A stretch of 64,000 nt of DNA from Antedon mediterranea (taxonomy: Eukaryota; Animalia; Echinodermata). Within the stretch, counting starts at the first letter, position 1. The number at the start of each line of letters is the position of its first letter. The notes under the pieces were generated by a model. That model worked only from the letters and a program-made list of their open reading frames with translations, had not been told where the DNA came from and made no database searches. The DNA is taken from NCBI RefSeq assembly GCF_964355755.1, contig NC_092676.1, positions 15,084,871 through 15,148,870 on the forward strand, in the 5' to 3' direction. The translations under genes were made by a program, and so were the position numbers. Below, in pieces: positions 1 through 43,500 of the stretch.

Positions 1-53
1 CCAATCGTTTTAAGAATAAGCCCGATCGTCCATCAATCATGTAGTCTATGCCT

Positions 54-157
54 ACTAGGCCTAGTCTAGCCTAGGCCCTAGCTAGTAGTAGTAGTCTAGG
101 CCTAGCCTAGTTAGGTGGTAGGCCTAGTAGGCTAGCCTAGCCTAGGCCTAGGCCTAG
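54..157. repeat. Low-complexity (T)AGGCCT(AG)/CTAG cluster
   Basis: About five exact AGGCCT hexamers plus many CTAG/GCCTAG variants in about 100 bp. A similar cluster occurs at 54840-55070. Confidence 0.85.
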
Positions 158-298
158 CATAATTCTAATTGTAATGTTACTAACTAAACAAACCTAATAA
201 AATGTAATAAACAATGTATCACATTCACATCTCACCAAACTAAAATTATGATAGTAATGTTTCACATTAAAATATTTATATTTTACAGATAAACTTAC

Positions 299-420
299 TA
301 ATACTTTTTGTTAGTATATTGTCCAATTGCGGGAAATCAGCAACAGAAATTCTAGGCCTAAACACCACCGTCGTACATATACAATCGATGTACGTACACA
401 CATCATAAACGTAGTATGGT
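299..420 (-). other. Possible first (non-coding) exon of an unseen minus-strand gene running off the left edge
   Basis: Minus-strand donor-like GTAAGTTT at 298-291, CpG-containing sequence at 330-420, and an AGGCCT cluster just inside the putative intron. This layout mirrors the CABIN1 5' end. No coding evidence. Confidence 0.25.
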
Positions 421-904
421 GGGAGGAGGCTAGTACTCTGCTCTGTGTGTGTATATAGGAGGCTAAGTACAGTAAAGCCCGGATGTACACACAGGTATCA
501 TTGATTGTAGAGGGCGTATGCTACAAAATTAGCATCCTCTGGAGAAAGTTTCTTCTCAATATGAATGAATTATTATTATTACATCTCAGCCAAATTAGTC
601 AATAAAATACACGTAATTAGTCAAAAATGAAAACACAATGTAAAGTAAAGTTTGTTTTATTGCTGATTACTTCAGTAATAAATAATAGAGCAGCTCTATG
701 AACTTAACATTCAAATGCAATGTACTTTTTTAACGGGCCCACTAGATACTGTTGTACAAATTAATGTTTGGGGATATTTATTTTCCATTACTTCATTGAC
801 GATTATTTGTGTAGACAGATTAGTAGAAGGTGAAAGAATATCCATGTTTGTTATTTATGTGCATAAATCAAGAATAATTATGTTATAGTCATGTATTGTA
901 GTCA

Positions 905-1806
905 TATGTGTCATATAATCAAATACGCAGATGGTACTGATTGGTCTATTGAAAAATACTGACGATCATGTGTATAAGGCTGAATATGTTAAATTAATGT
1001 CATGGTGCAATGACAATTACCTTAAGATTAATTTTAATAAAACTAAAGAAATTATATGGGATTTTAGGAAAAAGAAAAATGAAAAAAGTTATCTGATAGT
1101 TAATGATCAGACAATTGAACGTGTTCATGAAACCAATCTTGGTACACATATTGATGATCAACTTAGTTTTGGAAAAAATACGGCCGAGATAATTAAGAAA
1201 GGTCACCAAAGGTTATATTTCCTAAGAAAGCTAAATAAATTTAATGTTAGCTGTGGTACTTTAAAATTATTCTATGAAACAGACTTTATTCAATCAGTAC
1301 TCTAGTTATCTCTTTTATTGCTTGGTTCGGTAATTTAAATGAAACACACAAGAAAGGTCTCATTAGAATTACTAAGATAGCATCAAATATAATTGGTTGT
1401 ACGGTTAATGATTTAAAATATCTTTATGAAAAACAGGTCCTAAGTAAATTAAGTAAAATTTTAGAAGATAAGAAACATCCATTACATATGAGATTTTTTT
1501 AAAACAAGTCAGGCCGGCTACGGGCCCCTAGAGCTGATACGTCAAGAAACCGATTGTCTTTTGTACCAAATTCAACTCATATTTTTAACTCAAAGAATTG
1601 TTAGATCATAATAGCGCACATGCAATATATATTTTAAAGTTTTACTGTTGATGGATGTTTTAATTAATGTTTTTAAATTGTAAATTTTTTCTATGTATGA
1701 TGTAATTATGAATGTTTTACCATATTTTTCTGTCGAGGAAAACAATTTTTCCATGTACAATTTAGTATATATGGAACGAATAAAGATTTGATTTGATTTG
1801 ATTTGA
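905..1806 (+). mobile_element. 5'-truncated non-LTR retrotransposon (CR1/L2/Rex-Babar-like; RT C-terminus plus DUF1891-like region), decayed
   Basis: Degenerate KYADxT motif at about 921. ORF 931-1305 has WCNDNYLKINFNKTKEIIWDFRK and KKGHQRLYFLRKL..LFY..FIQSVL; after a frameshift it continues with WFGNL and HPL motifs. It ends in AATAAA plus an (ATTTG)n tail at about 1779-1806. Confidence 0.85.
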
Positions 1807-1856
1807 TATCTGGTTTATTTATTTCATATTAACTCAAAGTGAATGATGATATATAG

Positions 1857-2170
1857 TCTGTCTCCTGAAAAATAGTTATTTTTGTTAAATATGCCATTTT
1901 AATGTCATAATAATTATTCATTTTGACCAAAAATTGGACCAAGAAAAAATTATTAACCTGAAAAACTGTAATTTAAAGCAATTAATACTCAAATTTTGAA
2001 TTTGGTGAATATAACCGTTATTTTATTTTATTATTAAAAGTTTAAACATTAATTTTTCAGATTTTTTTTTACAGAAGTGATTAACTTTGTTAAAACTACA
2101 AAATGGTCTATATCGAAGTCTGATTTTATTTTTTTCCAATTTTCCTGTTTTTTGGGGACAAAATACATCT
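1857..2170 (-). mobile_element. MITE family A (TIR AGATGTATTGTCCCC, TTAA target; Kolobok-like), degenerate copy
   Basis: Ends in GGGGACAAAATACATCT. Internal sequence (ATATGCCATTTTAATGTCA, TTTGACCAAAAATTGG) is shared with the copies at 40226, 54146 and 61912. Confidence 0.7.
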
Positions 2171-5070
2171 TTATTCTTTAATACATGTTTTCAGGTCGAT
2201 ACGGTACAGTATTGTATGTATTGTGGGATAAATGCATATTTATTTCAGATGTGCAAAAGAGAACTTTCCGCCATGATTTTCTGCGAAATTTATTGTGAGC
2301 TGCAGGTGCCCGGAAATTGGATTAATTTATACTTCGAAATATAAAACAAAATATATAAGTCTCCAGAACGAACCAGCCCTAGAGGTGACCATGGTGGATG
2401 AGCTAAGAACATTTTGAACAATAGAGCTGCTAGGTGTTTGGAAATTGCAGTACATTTACATAGTACATAATTCTATATGAAACGAAATTATAAGTCTACA
2501 TTACCAGTTGAGGCTGTGCTAAGAACATTTTGAAACATAGAGTTGCTTGGTCACTGAAAATTGGACTTATACAGTGCTTTGAAATATGAAACGAAATTTA
2601 TAAGTATTCTGGAATGCACTATATGCACTTCTACTTTAAAAATTACAGGCCTTGTTTTCTTTAGCAGATGAAACTAGAAAACTCAGATCTTGAAATCTGA
2701 GATTTCTAGACACGCCAAACAAAATGTTTAAAATTGTTGCCTGTGACACCCATGATGCTTTGTTTAAAATTGAAAAGAATGGAAGAAGAATCATTTTTGC
2801 TGCTTAAATTACCATTTTGACAATTACCCCTAGGTGAAAGTCTATGTTTTATGCCTATTTGTAAATTATTAACGGTTTAATTAAATAAAGATGAGATTTT
2901 AATTTAAATCACATGGAAACTACTTAAAATCTGTGGTATCTAATGAAAATGACAATGAAGCTCAACTAGGCCAGCCTTAGGCCTATAGATGACAATGACT
3001 ACATTGTGCCAATCTTCGTTTTGAAACACACACACATCTTTTGAGATCTGAGAATTATAATAAAAATAATGTACGTTCAAAAGTGAGAATATTTCATTCA
3101 TTGAAAGATTGACGGTTCTATTTAACCCATGGAGATAATGATTTAACCAGGCTCCATTTAGCTACATAAAAAATTTCAAAGAAAATGCTATAATTCTGTT
3201 TTGCCAACTAGGTCAATCTATCTTTTGGGTTACGGTAGGCGCTGATTTGTTACTGTGAACTGAACCTAACCCTAAAGATAATCTTTGGTTCTAGTGCATT
3301 AGCGCCATTACTACTAAACCAAAAGCGGACAAGTGATTTAATATTGTGTTTTTTTGTGTTAATATGGTATGTAACCAAAGCGGCCATGCATGGAATATAC
3401 GAAAGCCAATTACGCCACACACATGTTTGCGGCAGTCTATTGTCTCTCACTGATGTAGCATCTATGTCATTGTATTATTATTATGTTATTATGGATAAAT
3501 AATGTTCAATTACATAACAATATTAAAAGTTGTGTTGTTATTTATTTTTATCAAAGTTTCAATTATCCAAAATACATGCCCAGTATAAAGAAATAAATAA
3601 ATAATGGAGTGAACTCATTCAAAAAATGAATTCATCGGCGGTTAATACTAGTAAGTACCATCAGTATCCAATGTATTGTCTTGTCGGTCCTATAAGATTT
3701 TGGCAGTGGAGAAGGCAAATACATTCAGGTGCACTCTGTAGATTGATTACGACCAGTACATCTTTCTTATCTGCATACTGCATGGCAGACATTTTTTTAC
3801 AAAAATTACTATTAATTTTGGTAAATGAAAAATTAAAGCAGTTCAATGACAAATCAGTCTTTCCATAGCATATTGAATAATTTTATTAGCAAGTGCTCCA
3901 TTAATATCTTAACTACATAAGAATAAACATTAAAAATAACTTCACGTTAACTTGACAATAAGAGTATTATTGTTAGCATTTAATAAAAAGTATTTTAAAA
4001 TTACAAAGCATTAATCTGGGTAGGTAACCAACATTGATCTACAAATTGTTTTTAATTCCATAACCAAATAAATTCATTAATGTTTAGTAGGGTCTTAGAC
4101 TCTACTTGCAACACATTTAGCAGCCATTTCAACATTATCAATGTAGAAATGTATAACAATACATAGACGACAGAAAACTACCTTAAACTACATTTACACA
4201 GCATCTTACTTACTGCATACAATAAGTCATTGCCACTATTTATTTCTTGCGCAGACATCCTTAATAATTTAAAGTATAAAATATTATTTTTACTGCATCA
4301 ATATAATCTGCAATTTGTAAACTTTAACAAAAACGAGTGCAGGTAACATTAATATAAGTAAGTAATTAATAATGACAGTTCTGTTTAAACTTAATTTAAC
4401 TATGAAGCATAAAGACATAAAGAAGAATGACAATTTATCAATATCAGAAAAGAATGAAAGAGTATGTTTACCAATCAAATAGTCTATTTTAACTTCTAAT
4501 TTGTGAATTGCTGTACAACATTATGTTTGAATCTGACATATTTATCATACGTTTCAATTAAGAAAATATGCATCATAGTGATCAATAAATAGCATTTAAT
4601 TAAAAAACATATATGTACGTTTTTAATATACCCATTCGATTCAAATAATCTTTATTTGGAAATAACACCTATAGAAAGCAATTGCTGGCAAAAATACATA
4701 TTACAAACTGTAACATACAACATATTCGCGAAAACAAGGATGATTAGAAAATTACAATGGAATCATCCATTTTAAGATGGTAAGAACCAAAAATCAAATC
4801 AATACAAAGGTGTATTTGCAAAGAGAAAACAGGTGTAAAATTCTCACCCATGTATGGCCGCACATTTCTTCGCAGTTTAGACCAAATAAAAGTTTTTCAC
4901 CGCACCAATCCATGCATGGTCAGCCTGTATTATGTCATGGTTGGCTGAGACCTGGTAACATGTTTAAAAAGTTTAAGGTGGAGGAGCTGAATGATATACT
5001 TTTGCGAATTATTATTATTGGATGCAGAAATGACTTAATATTTTTCATTTTATATTGCCATACCTATTAA

Positions 5071-5491
5071 AGGCCCATTCTCTACAATTGTTGACGTTTT
5101 GTTAAACCAGGCCATTCCTTGTCTTAAATGTACGTTTTATAGTAAATTATGATATACAGTAATGCACTACCTAAGTAGCTCACGTCAAATGTCCTCTAGC
5201 CTGACGTTGTCTAGTTGCTGCATTAATTGTCATTTTATTTATTATAATTTATTGAAACCCGGTATTTTCGCTGAAAAGTTACGATTCTTTTTACCTTCAC
5301 AATCGATCGAAAGTGGGTCAATCGCAGAAGAAAACCAAAATATCAATCCGCATGCAATGCATGTTGAGATTTATAGCGGCCCGCTTAAATGATTAGAATC
5401 AACTTATTTTTCACACTTTACCGTTTAAATACAAAAAAAGTTATAGCAATACAACCTTAAATTAGATCTAAAAAACGTAAGGAATGGGACT
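5071..5491. mobile_element. Non-autonomous TTAA-flanked DNA element (Kolobok-like MITE)
   Basis: TTAA|AGGCCCATTC...GGAATGGGACT|TTAA imperfect TIRs. The internal AGTAGCTCACGTCAAA recurs inverted at about 45455. Confidence 0.55.
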
Positions 5492-6074
5492 TTAAAAAAT
5501 GGGCAATCCTGTGATTTTTTGTGCACCCTTTTTCACGTTATACTTTCTTGTGGATGTATGTTTCTGTAAATATGTTGTTGTACTTTTCTCAACAAGTATG
5601 TTATGTGTTTCTAATAGGAAACTGTGTGTTTAAATTAGTAGATTGTGTGTTTAAATTAGTAGATTGTGTGTTTGTATTAGTACATTGTGTGTTTGTAATT
5701 GTATTTTTGCCGGTGATTGCCTTCTGTAAACACATCTTATATCAGTGGCACTCAAATGAACAAACAAAAACTTAAAACAGTAACAAATCAAAAAGTAATT
5801 AAATGAATAATATAAACACAGATTTAATCATTTCAAGTAGATTCAAAGTGCCTTTTACTTTCTGTAAACATTTTGTTTGTATTTTAAAAACTTTCTGTCA
5901 GCTAAGTACTGAAAAAAATGAAAGTGCAAAACTGAAGTGATAAGCTGTTATCATTATTATTTATTTACTGTATTGTAAAATGTATTGAAAAACTGTCCAT
6001 ATATTAAAAAGGAAGAAGATCTGAATGGAAGCTCTGTTAAACAGTACATTAAAATATGTTATTAATTAACTGGT

Positions 6075-6125
6075 ATATCTTGCAATGATGAAGGGCTAGT
6101 GTTGTCCGAAAGCTCTGATATTTTT
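6075..6125 (+). ncRNA. Degenerate minimal hammerhead-ribozyme-like motif (Penelope-type pseudo-LTR relic?)
   Basis: aTGATGA-A-GGGC(tagtgtt)GTCC-GAAA-GCTC-TGATA resembles the CUGANGA/stem II/GAAA-SS-UH layout, but the conserved C3 is replaced by A. Confidence 0.4.
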
Positions 6126-7286
6126 CTGGCTGTTTTACTTCATCGTTTTGATTTAGCTTTTTGCTTATTTTATTTTGTACCTCCATTGAGATCCAGCCAC
6201 TGATACCCACAGCATTGTCATTATTTTTAATAATTTGCCTATGGATTTATATATCTTATATTAAAATAAGGTATGTATAAATGGATTAGATGCTGCTGTA
6301 TACTATTCATAATCAATATAATTATATTTTATGATTATTTTTGGCAGCCATAAATAAACTATTCTACCAGAGGATGAGACCTTAGCTATTTTATACAAGA
6401 TCTATCTAAACCTTCTTAAATATACTGTATTAAATTTTAAACAATTTGCATAACCTTTAGTAATAGATTAAGACAATAAAAAAACAGTAACATGAAACAA
6501 CATTACATTTAATAAAAGTGAAAGTCAATAAAAGTGTCTAATTACATTAAAATATAGGCTAGATTTAACATGAGTAGCATTTTAAAAAATATACGCATTG
6601 GAAATGCTATGTTAAAACAAAATACTTTATCTAACATGAAATATCTGATTTTATTTCTCAACAAGCTTCAGAATATTTTGATGTATACAAACTTTATAAG
6701 TACTGTAATACAGTAATCTTGTATTAAAGTTAGTTATTAAAATCATGTGATAATCATCATATGTAAAGAACACACAATTTATTCACTTTAAGCAACCATA
6801 GACATAATATAATAAAATAAAACATAAGTTCAGCAAATATAGCAAATTTTAACTAAATATAACAAAGAATTACTTAAAGCTTTTGATAATTAATATCTTA
6901 AAATACATTCATTTCTTATCTATTAACAAAAGGACTCTTCAGGTGGGTTACATATTCAATGTCATTTCAAATGACACTGTCATTTTACTTTCTACTATTC
7001 AATGCTTTACATCTTAATTATTAAACACATAATAGCATACTTTCTCCAGCAAATTTCCATCAGAGTACTATAACATTCATTAAGGGCATATAGCCCAAGG
7101 CATTTAAAATAAGGAAGTCCAAACCCTCTGATGACACAACATCACTTTGGTCAAACAACATGTGGTGATTATTTGCCCTCTGATGACACATTATTACTTT
7201 AGTCAACTGGATCATGCTGATACAATACCCCACTAATTTAGCAAGAGAATTATTAAGATGGGCCTATACAAAGGATATCTTAAATA

Positions 7287-7680
7287 TTTACCTAAATGTT
7301 GGTGATTTACCTAAATGTTGACGATTTACCTCAATCTTGGTGGTTTACCTCAATCTTGATGATTTACCTAAATGTTGACGATTTACCTCAATCTTGGTGG
7401 TTTACCTCAATCTTGATGGTTTACCTCAATCTTGATGATTTACCTCAATCTTGATGGTTTACCTCAATCTTGATGGTTTACCTCAATCTTGATGGTTTAC
7501 CTCAATCTTGATAGTTTACCTCAATCTTGATAGTTTACCTCAATCTTGATGGTTTACCTCAATCTTGATGATTTACCTCAATCTTGATGGCTTACCTCAA
7601 TCTTGATGGTTTACCTCAATCTTGATGGTTTACCTCAATCTTGATGGTTTACCTCAATCTTGTTGGTGTACCTCAATCTT
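7287..7680. repeat. 19-bp minisatellite (TTTACCTCAATCTTGATGG) x about 21
   Basis: Directly visible tandem array, with more divergent units at the left end. Confidence 0.95.
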
Positions 7681-8514
7681 AAGTCTTAGGTTTAATATAG
7701 AAATCCAGGCATTCTAATCTAGAGATGCTTATTCTTTAATTAATTTCTATAGATCCTGAAATATTTGTTCATGTAGCACTGCTGGTAGCTGTAATGTTTG
7801 TAAGAATATTGACTTTTCTAATAACAATACGCTTTATAGTAAATAATACCTTAAGACATTGAAATAGAGGCATCAGGAGTCCATCCATTCTATAATAAAA
7901 AAAAGTATCAATGCTGGTATTGGTATTTCAGTTGATATTTACATTTTTGTCTATGAATACTATCCATTTTAATAACATAAATATATATATTTAATTTGGC
8001 GCATTGTACATGCAAAAATCTGCACACTTATGGCAATTATTTAAACGTTTAAAATTGCCTGAAACGTGCTTTAATTTCATTGAAAATGTTGATAATTTTG
8101 AAAATGTTAATTGTACAGTATTGCCATATGATGAAATATGATATGAAATTTATCAAATTTGGTTTAATTTTGAGTCATGTTTGTGAAGATATGATTGCAA
8201 ACATGATTTCATTAAATTGCATGTTTTTTTATTGCACACTGTGAAAAGATAATCACATAGAATATATACTATACTATATAATTGACATCAAAATTGAGCT
8301 CAAGATAATTGACGGAAAAGATAATGTTAAGGAAGAAGAAATAAAGATTCTGACAAAATCAATAAGGTTATATTGCATGATAGTGCATAAACCTAATTAC
8401 TGTATTTTATTGTACATTTAAACCAATACAATATGGTGCAATTAAAATGTATTACAGAAAATATTATGAAGCATCTGATCTTACTTTTGATTGTTTACCT
8501 TAATTTCAGCATAA

Positions 8515-37892
<29,378 letters not shown>

Positions 37893-39614
37893 GATATGTT
37901 TCTTAATGAACTGAAAGATTAAAACGATAATACACAAATCATTTATCGTTATATACAATTACTAAATTCATTGGTCAAAATGAAACACTCCATTGAATAT
38001 TAAAACCTACATGTAAACAAAGAAACTTTATAGATTGAGTTTAGTCAAAAAGAGGATGAGGTTTAGAATGGAACCTGGTAGTTTCAATGTTTTTGCCGAG
38101 TCAGATTATAAAAGACCAGGAGAAAAGGAGAAAAGGTCCCTGTATTGTTGAGTTTTTTCCTTTATAATGTAGTTTAGATAAAACACTGCTCTCAAAGAGT
38201 TTATGTTGTTTTCATTGATCCCAGTATGCTCTAACCATTTGGATTCCTTGCACGTCAGGTCATGTTAACAATATTCGATCAACAACCAATGTTATTATTA
38301 GTTGGTTTAAAAAACGTATTTGTTATGGACATTGTGTGCATCTTCTTATTTAACTGGCTGTGATCCTTTAAAAAAAACTATGCTTCCATCAATTTTACTG
38401 TATAACAAAGCTTCAAGCTTTTAAAATTATTGCTGATACTTATAGGCGATACCTATCCTCCAATTTCAAATCAATCAAGACCTACACTATCAATTACTTA
38501 CATTTCCAATATTGGCACAAACATAGCAACAACCAATATGTTGCTTAACAACTGCATCCCCACATTGAACATCATCAACTGAACATTCCATCCTAGGTGG
38601 TCACACCATCAGGACTTTGAAATTAAATAATACCTAATATCTTGTTTCTTAGACTGACCCCATAAAGTTAACGATCTATCTAAACTTTACATACTACCAG
38701 CACTTCTTGCAATGAATTGCTCATAGAACATCTTATTACTATTTTCTCTCACTCTCACTTTGTGACAACCGACGACCAAAGTACAGTATGTCATGTTAAT
38801 TCAATGTGGATTGGGACATGTTTCCTCGCTCCCCACCACAACAACACATTCTAGCAACTAATTTGATTAATACAGAAATATCCTTCTATTATAAAATAAA
38901 ACAGAATTCAGATAGCAATTATTATTTAAAACCAAAATTGTGGGAGATTTTCTTAACATTTGGGAGATTAGAAGAAAAATGCGGGCACAACTGGCACATA
39001 GCAACAGAAATTAGTTGCCTGAATTAAACGTTCCTAGAGCAGGGAAAAGTGAGTTGAAAACTGTTTTCATACTGTTGCATTAGTGGGATACTGTAGTGGG
39101 GTAGGAATATTTTATATTATAAAAAAAAAATTTTTCATCAGGCTAGCAAAACAACTGAGGCCAAAACTCAAATATGTATGTCAGAGCATAGGTAGTAGGT
39201 GTAGTGCAATGTTATCCAAATTTATAGAGGGCAGCAAACAAACATAATTCTAACTTGGAACAATCTGTGATCAAATTATAATGAGGGAGTGGGAGCTCCC
39301 GGATTATAATAAGCAAAAGTTCCAACTTTCTCTATGATTAATAATGAAAATTATAAAATAACATAGTGAGCACAAAAAGAGATAAGTTACCTTGATTGAC
39401 AATATCTATTACAATTATTATCTACAATTATGAGTTAGAATAACTGTTTCGGTTACTCATCATACCTGTCCCAGATACTCAGCGATTGGTAGATTTGATA
39501 ACATTTTCATATACGATACAATATTGTTCTATTTCTTTTCTTAAAACAAATATATGACGGAATTTCAATTGAGAATTGAGACAATCATGGGTTTGCTTCA
39601 TTTACTGACATCTT

Positions 39615-40018
39615 GGGGCCTGTTTCTGCTGCAACTGCTCAAAATCCGTATAAAAATACGGTATAAAATACAGTATTTTTATACCATATTTTTTAGTACC
39701 CCGTTTCTGCTAACAATATTCTTGGGTGGTCGTGCTAAAATTTATCCTTTTTACCCAAATTGCCATTCACTTATTTGGTTGATAATTAAATACGACAGAT
39801 TTATATAGTATAGTCTTCGCTGCACATTTTCGCCCAATATATCTATACACAAGTGTAAAACAGCTGACAGCGAAAAAAAATTGAAACACGATGTGGGGAA
39901 AATACGATACAAAATACGGTATTTTTTTTATAAGCGCTGTTTCTGCTGCCAAAAAAATACCGTATGGTATTAAAAAAATACCGTATTAAATATGGTATTG
40001 GCAGCAGAAACAGGGCCT
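39615..40018. mobile_element. MITE family B, near-complete copy
   Basis: GGGGCCTGTTTCTGCTGC...GCAGCAGAAACAGGGCCT inverted ends, with (A)TACGGTAT/ATACCGTAT subrepeats. Confidence 0.8.
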
Positions 40019-40225
40019 TCGTCTCAACTTTTCCTTTCACTCGTATTAAATCTTCAACTTTTTTGAAAATTTGTACAAATTAATTTGTACAAATTCTTAC
40101 TGCTGCGTTTACAAATATTGGTAAAGATAATTTTACTGATATTTGATTAAAATGCAATATGAACGTACATTATGACTTGATGCATAATATCCTTATACTG
40201 GACCGTTTACCAGAGGCATTATTAA

Positions 40226-40515
40226 ACATGTATTGTCCCCCAAAAACTTTTAAAAAAATTAATTAAGATTAATTAAATCAGATTTTGAATAAATAAAAAT
40301 TGTTTTCACTTATAAAATAACTTACCTAATAAATGGTTAAATTCCACTAAAAATCCATTTGACCTTTTTTTGCTTTAAATTACAGTTTTTTCATGAAATA
40401 AATTTTGTTTAGAACCAAATTTTGGTCAAAGGGGATAACTATATGTGACATTAAAATGGCATATTCAACAACAAAATTGTAAAAAAAAAAATTTTTTTCA
40501 GGGAACAATACATCT
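40226..40515 (+). mobile_element. MITE family A (Kolobok-like)
   Basis: TTAA|ACATGTATTGTCCCCC...GGGAACAATACATCT|TTAA. Further partial copies at about 34490-34740 and 54146-54400. Confidence 0.8.
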
Positions 40516-43500
40516 TTAACACGTCCGAGAACCCTCTAGTTTATTATATATAGAAGGAAAACTAAGTAGGTTCTGCATGGTCCTTCTCTGTAGAGCAATA
40601 AGGGCAAAATTGTATTATGGTTTGCCAACAATGGATATCCCATAGACTATGACTTCCGGGTAGCGAACCAAAATCATAGAAAGTGCATATACAACATGCA
40701 CCAAAAAGCATGTTACTATACTGTAGTAGGATGAATCTAACCCAAAGTTCAAAAGGAAGCAAGGGAGTGTTTTAAGGTACTACACATACTACTATTTAAT
40801 TTCAATATGTAAAGTGTGTGTAAATTCATACTTTAATATTATTTTACTGTAATAAACCTAGTCAATGTAAAATGTGTGTAGGTTTCTACATTAAAAAATC
40901 ATTTAATATAAAAACAAAATAATTGTAAATACTGTACATATCTACACCATCAATCTTTGTAACATAATGTGTACTTACTAATTAGCGTTCCCTACACTCT
41001 GCAGCAACATAAATTTACTTGAATACCAAATTAATGTAACTACTGAATATTAGTATTCTGATTAATGCAATTGATATGATCATTTAAGAAATTTATGATG
41101 ACTTTGATTGAAAGAAGGGGTTTTTAAGATGACATGTAACAATAGATTTGATTGATATCTAAATGTAAATATCTTTGGTTGGTCATTGTTTAGATGAGTC
41201 ATTACAATAGTGCATACACTACTCTATAATGCCATTTATCTCATCCATGTGAAGCATATTTCTGTTACTATGAATATGATACATTTTGTGGTACACCATT
41301 TATGTGGCTCTAAAAAGAACAGTTTTGTATTGATCAATTATCCTTTGATCATCTTCAGGAGAGGGCAGCAGGTAGTTTAAAAAAATGTTGAATAAGATAG
41401 CAATAGCAAAACTCACAATAAAAGGGGATTAATTAAAAGGATGAATAGAAGCTATAGAAAAACATACACAAATTACAATTGTAATATTACTGCTTTTCAC
41501 TATAAATTTCAAAATGGAATGTCAGGCATGGTAAATTTTTGTTGTTGTTACACAGTTAGTTATTCTGTACATTATTTACTTTTTAAAAATCAATAACATT
41601 AGGTATGTATAATTATCATATTATTTATTTTAATTCAATGAATACAGACAATTTTGAAAATTCTATGTCTTATCTTGATTTATGGTCCAAGGATTGGCCG
41701 GGAATCTAGAAAATTCACACACAGCGCTCCAATATGGGACATGGAGTAGATAAGTTGTAGACAGTGCATAATATATAGGGCTGATTTTCAAATGTGGATC
41801 TGTATTAACAACCTTGCATGTATGGGAGAACATTTTTACAAAAAGCTAAACATTTTTTTTAGTTTAAAATAATAAATGGTTCATGATGCGTATTTACAAA
41901 TAAAATGGCAAGTCCTATTGAATCTTTCTTCTTTTTGTTCATCAATTACACCAAATTCAGGTACTGATGTAGATAATACAATGACATATTATGTTTAATA
42001 GCAGAACGTTTAATATTATCAGCCATATACAACATCGTGATATATTTAAATCAAATAGTGTTGATGACTATTGTTGGACAATTGGAATTGACATTTTAAC
42101 CGCAATCAATAAATATAAAGTCTATAGAATTTTAGCCATTATGTATGTTAAAAGCCAATTAAAAGAAAAATGTATTTACATTATTAATAGAAATATGTAT
42201 ACCCATTGTGTACAGTATTTGATAATGATCACACAATCATTGTAAATTAACTGCCAATTAATGACTTATTTATTAACTTGTGTGTTTGTTGAATGTACAT
42301 ATTGTGAATTGGCTATTTTGATTCTTACTTAAGGCAAGTATTAATTGAACTTGTTTCTAATGGGTGATATGATCCTTGGGGATTATACTGGCAGTGAACA
42401 CAGATAAACAACATGTTGCAAAGCTTGTTTCAAATTGCTTTTAAACAAATTATAAATACATTTATAATTGACATTATTAATTACAAATGTGTATTCAATG
42501 TTAAAAATAAGTGTGAATTAGTTAGGTGAAAGTAAAGTAAATAATTGTTATAAGGAAAGTGACTTTCGACAATTGGAATAAAGCACTGGCAATACTGTAT
42601 TTAAAATGACTTTTCAAGAAATGGCCACATGAAAAAAAAAAGTTTAAAATCTAAAACAGAGACATCAGGCTGCTTTTAAAACCTTAAAAGATAAATTTGG
42701 ACTTCAGTGTTTAACACCATTTGAGGCCTGGCATCACAAAAGCGGCTCAGAGTCGCAACCCCAACTTTTCAGATATTTAATTGACAATTTGAAAAACAGC
42801 ATACACTTATCCATTTTGAGATTTCAATAAAAAACAATTCATACTAACTCCTGTTCATGGATAATAAGTCGTTTTCCATTGAAAATCTATTAGGAAATTG
42901 TTGTAAAATTTACATTTTTACAACGATTTTTTAAAACAACCTACTAGCCTGAATCATGTCATGTTTGGTACCTATCTGTTTGAAAATATATCAGCTACCA
43001 TAATTTTAGATTTTTAGAAAAACCAGTTTAGAAACTGGTTTTATTAAGGTTTTTTAGGTTGCTATCATTTCTAGAGAGTTTGTGAATCCTTGACTGTGAT
43101 TGCATATAAAAATGAATTACGCTCTCTGATTGGCTTTTATTTACAATGAAACAGCATGGTTTGTTGAATAAACATTTCATCGCAAAATCTACCTAATGAG
43201 TCCAGATAAGCAAAAGAAACAATAAAAAAAATCAACATTTATATTTTTTACGATTTATTTACAGTGTGTTTACTAGAAATTTGCGTTTTACGGCGACGGC
43301 GAGTGCGTGTGGCGATATCCTTAATCTTGCGATGGTTCTGAAATCATATGTACATCCTTAACACGCTGTTAAAATATGGTCCTCGGTCAAGTTGTTCTTT
43401 AATTTGTGAACAAACCACAAAAGTATATTTGGTATACTAATCTTTGATTATTAAATTACCAGGTATATCAATTCATAGCATAGGCATAATAATATAATTA

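Noticed and set aside
7125-7230. Two CTCTGATGACAC motifs as hammerhead cores
   Set aside because: No GAAA follows a stem II. This looks like a short degenerate duplication.
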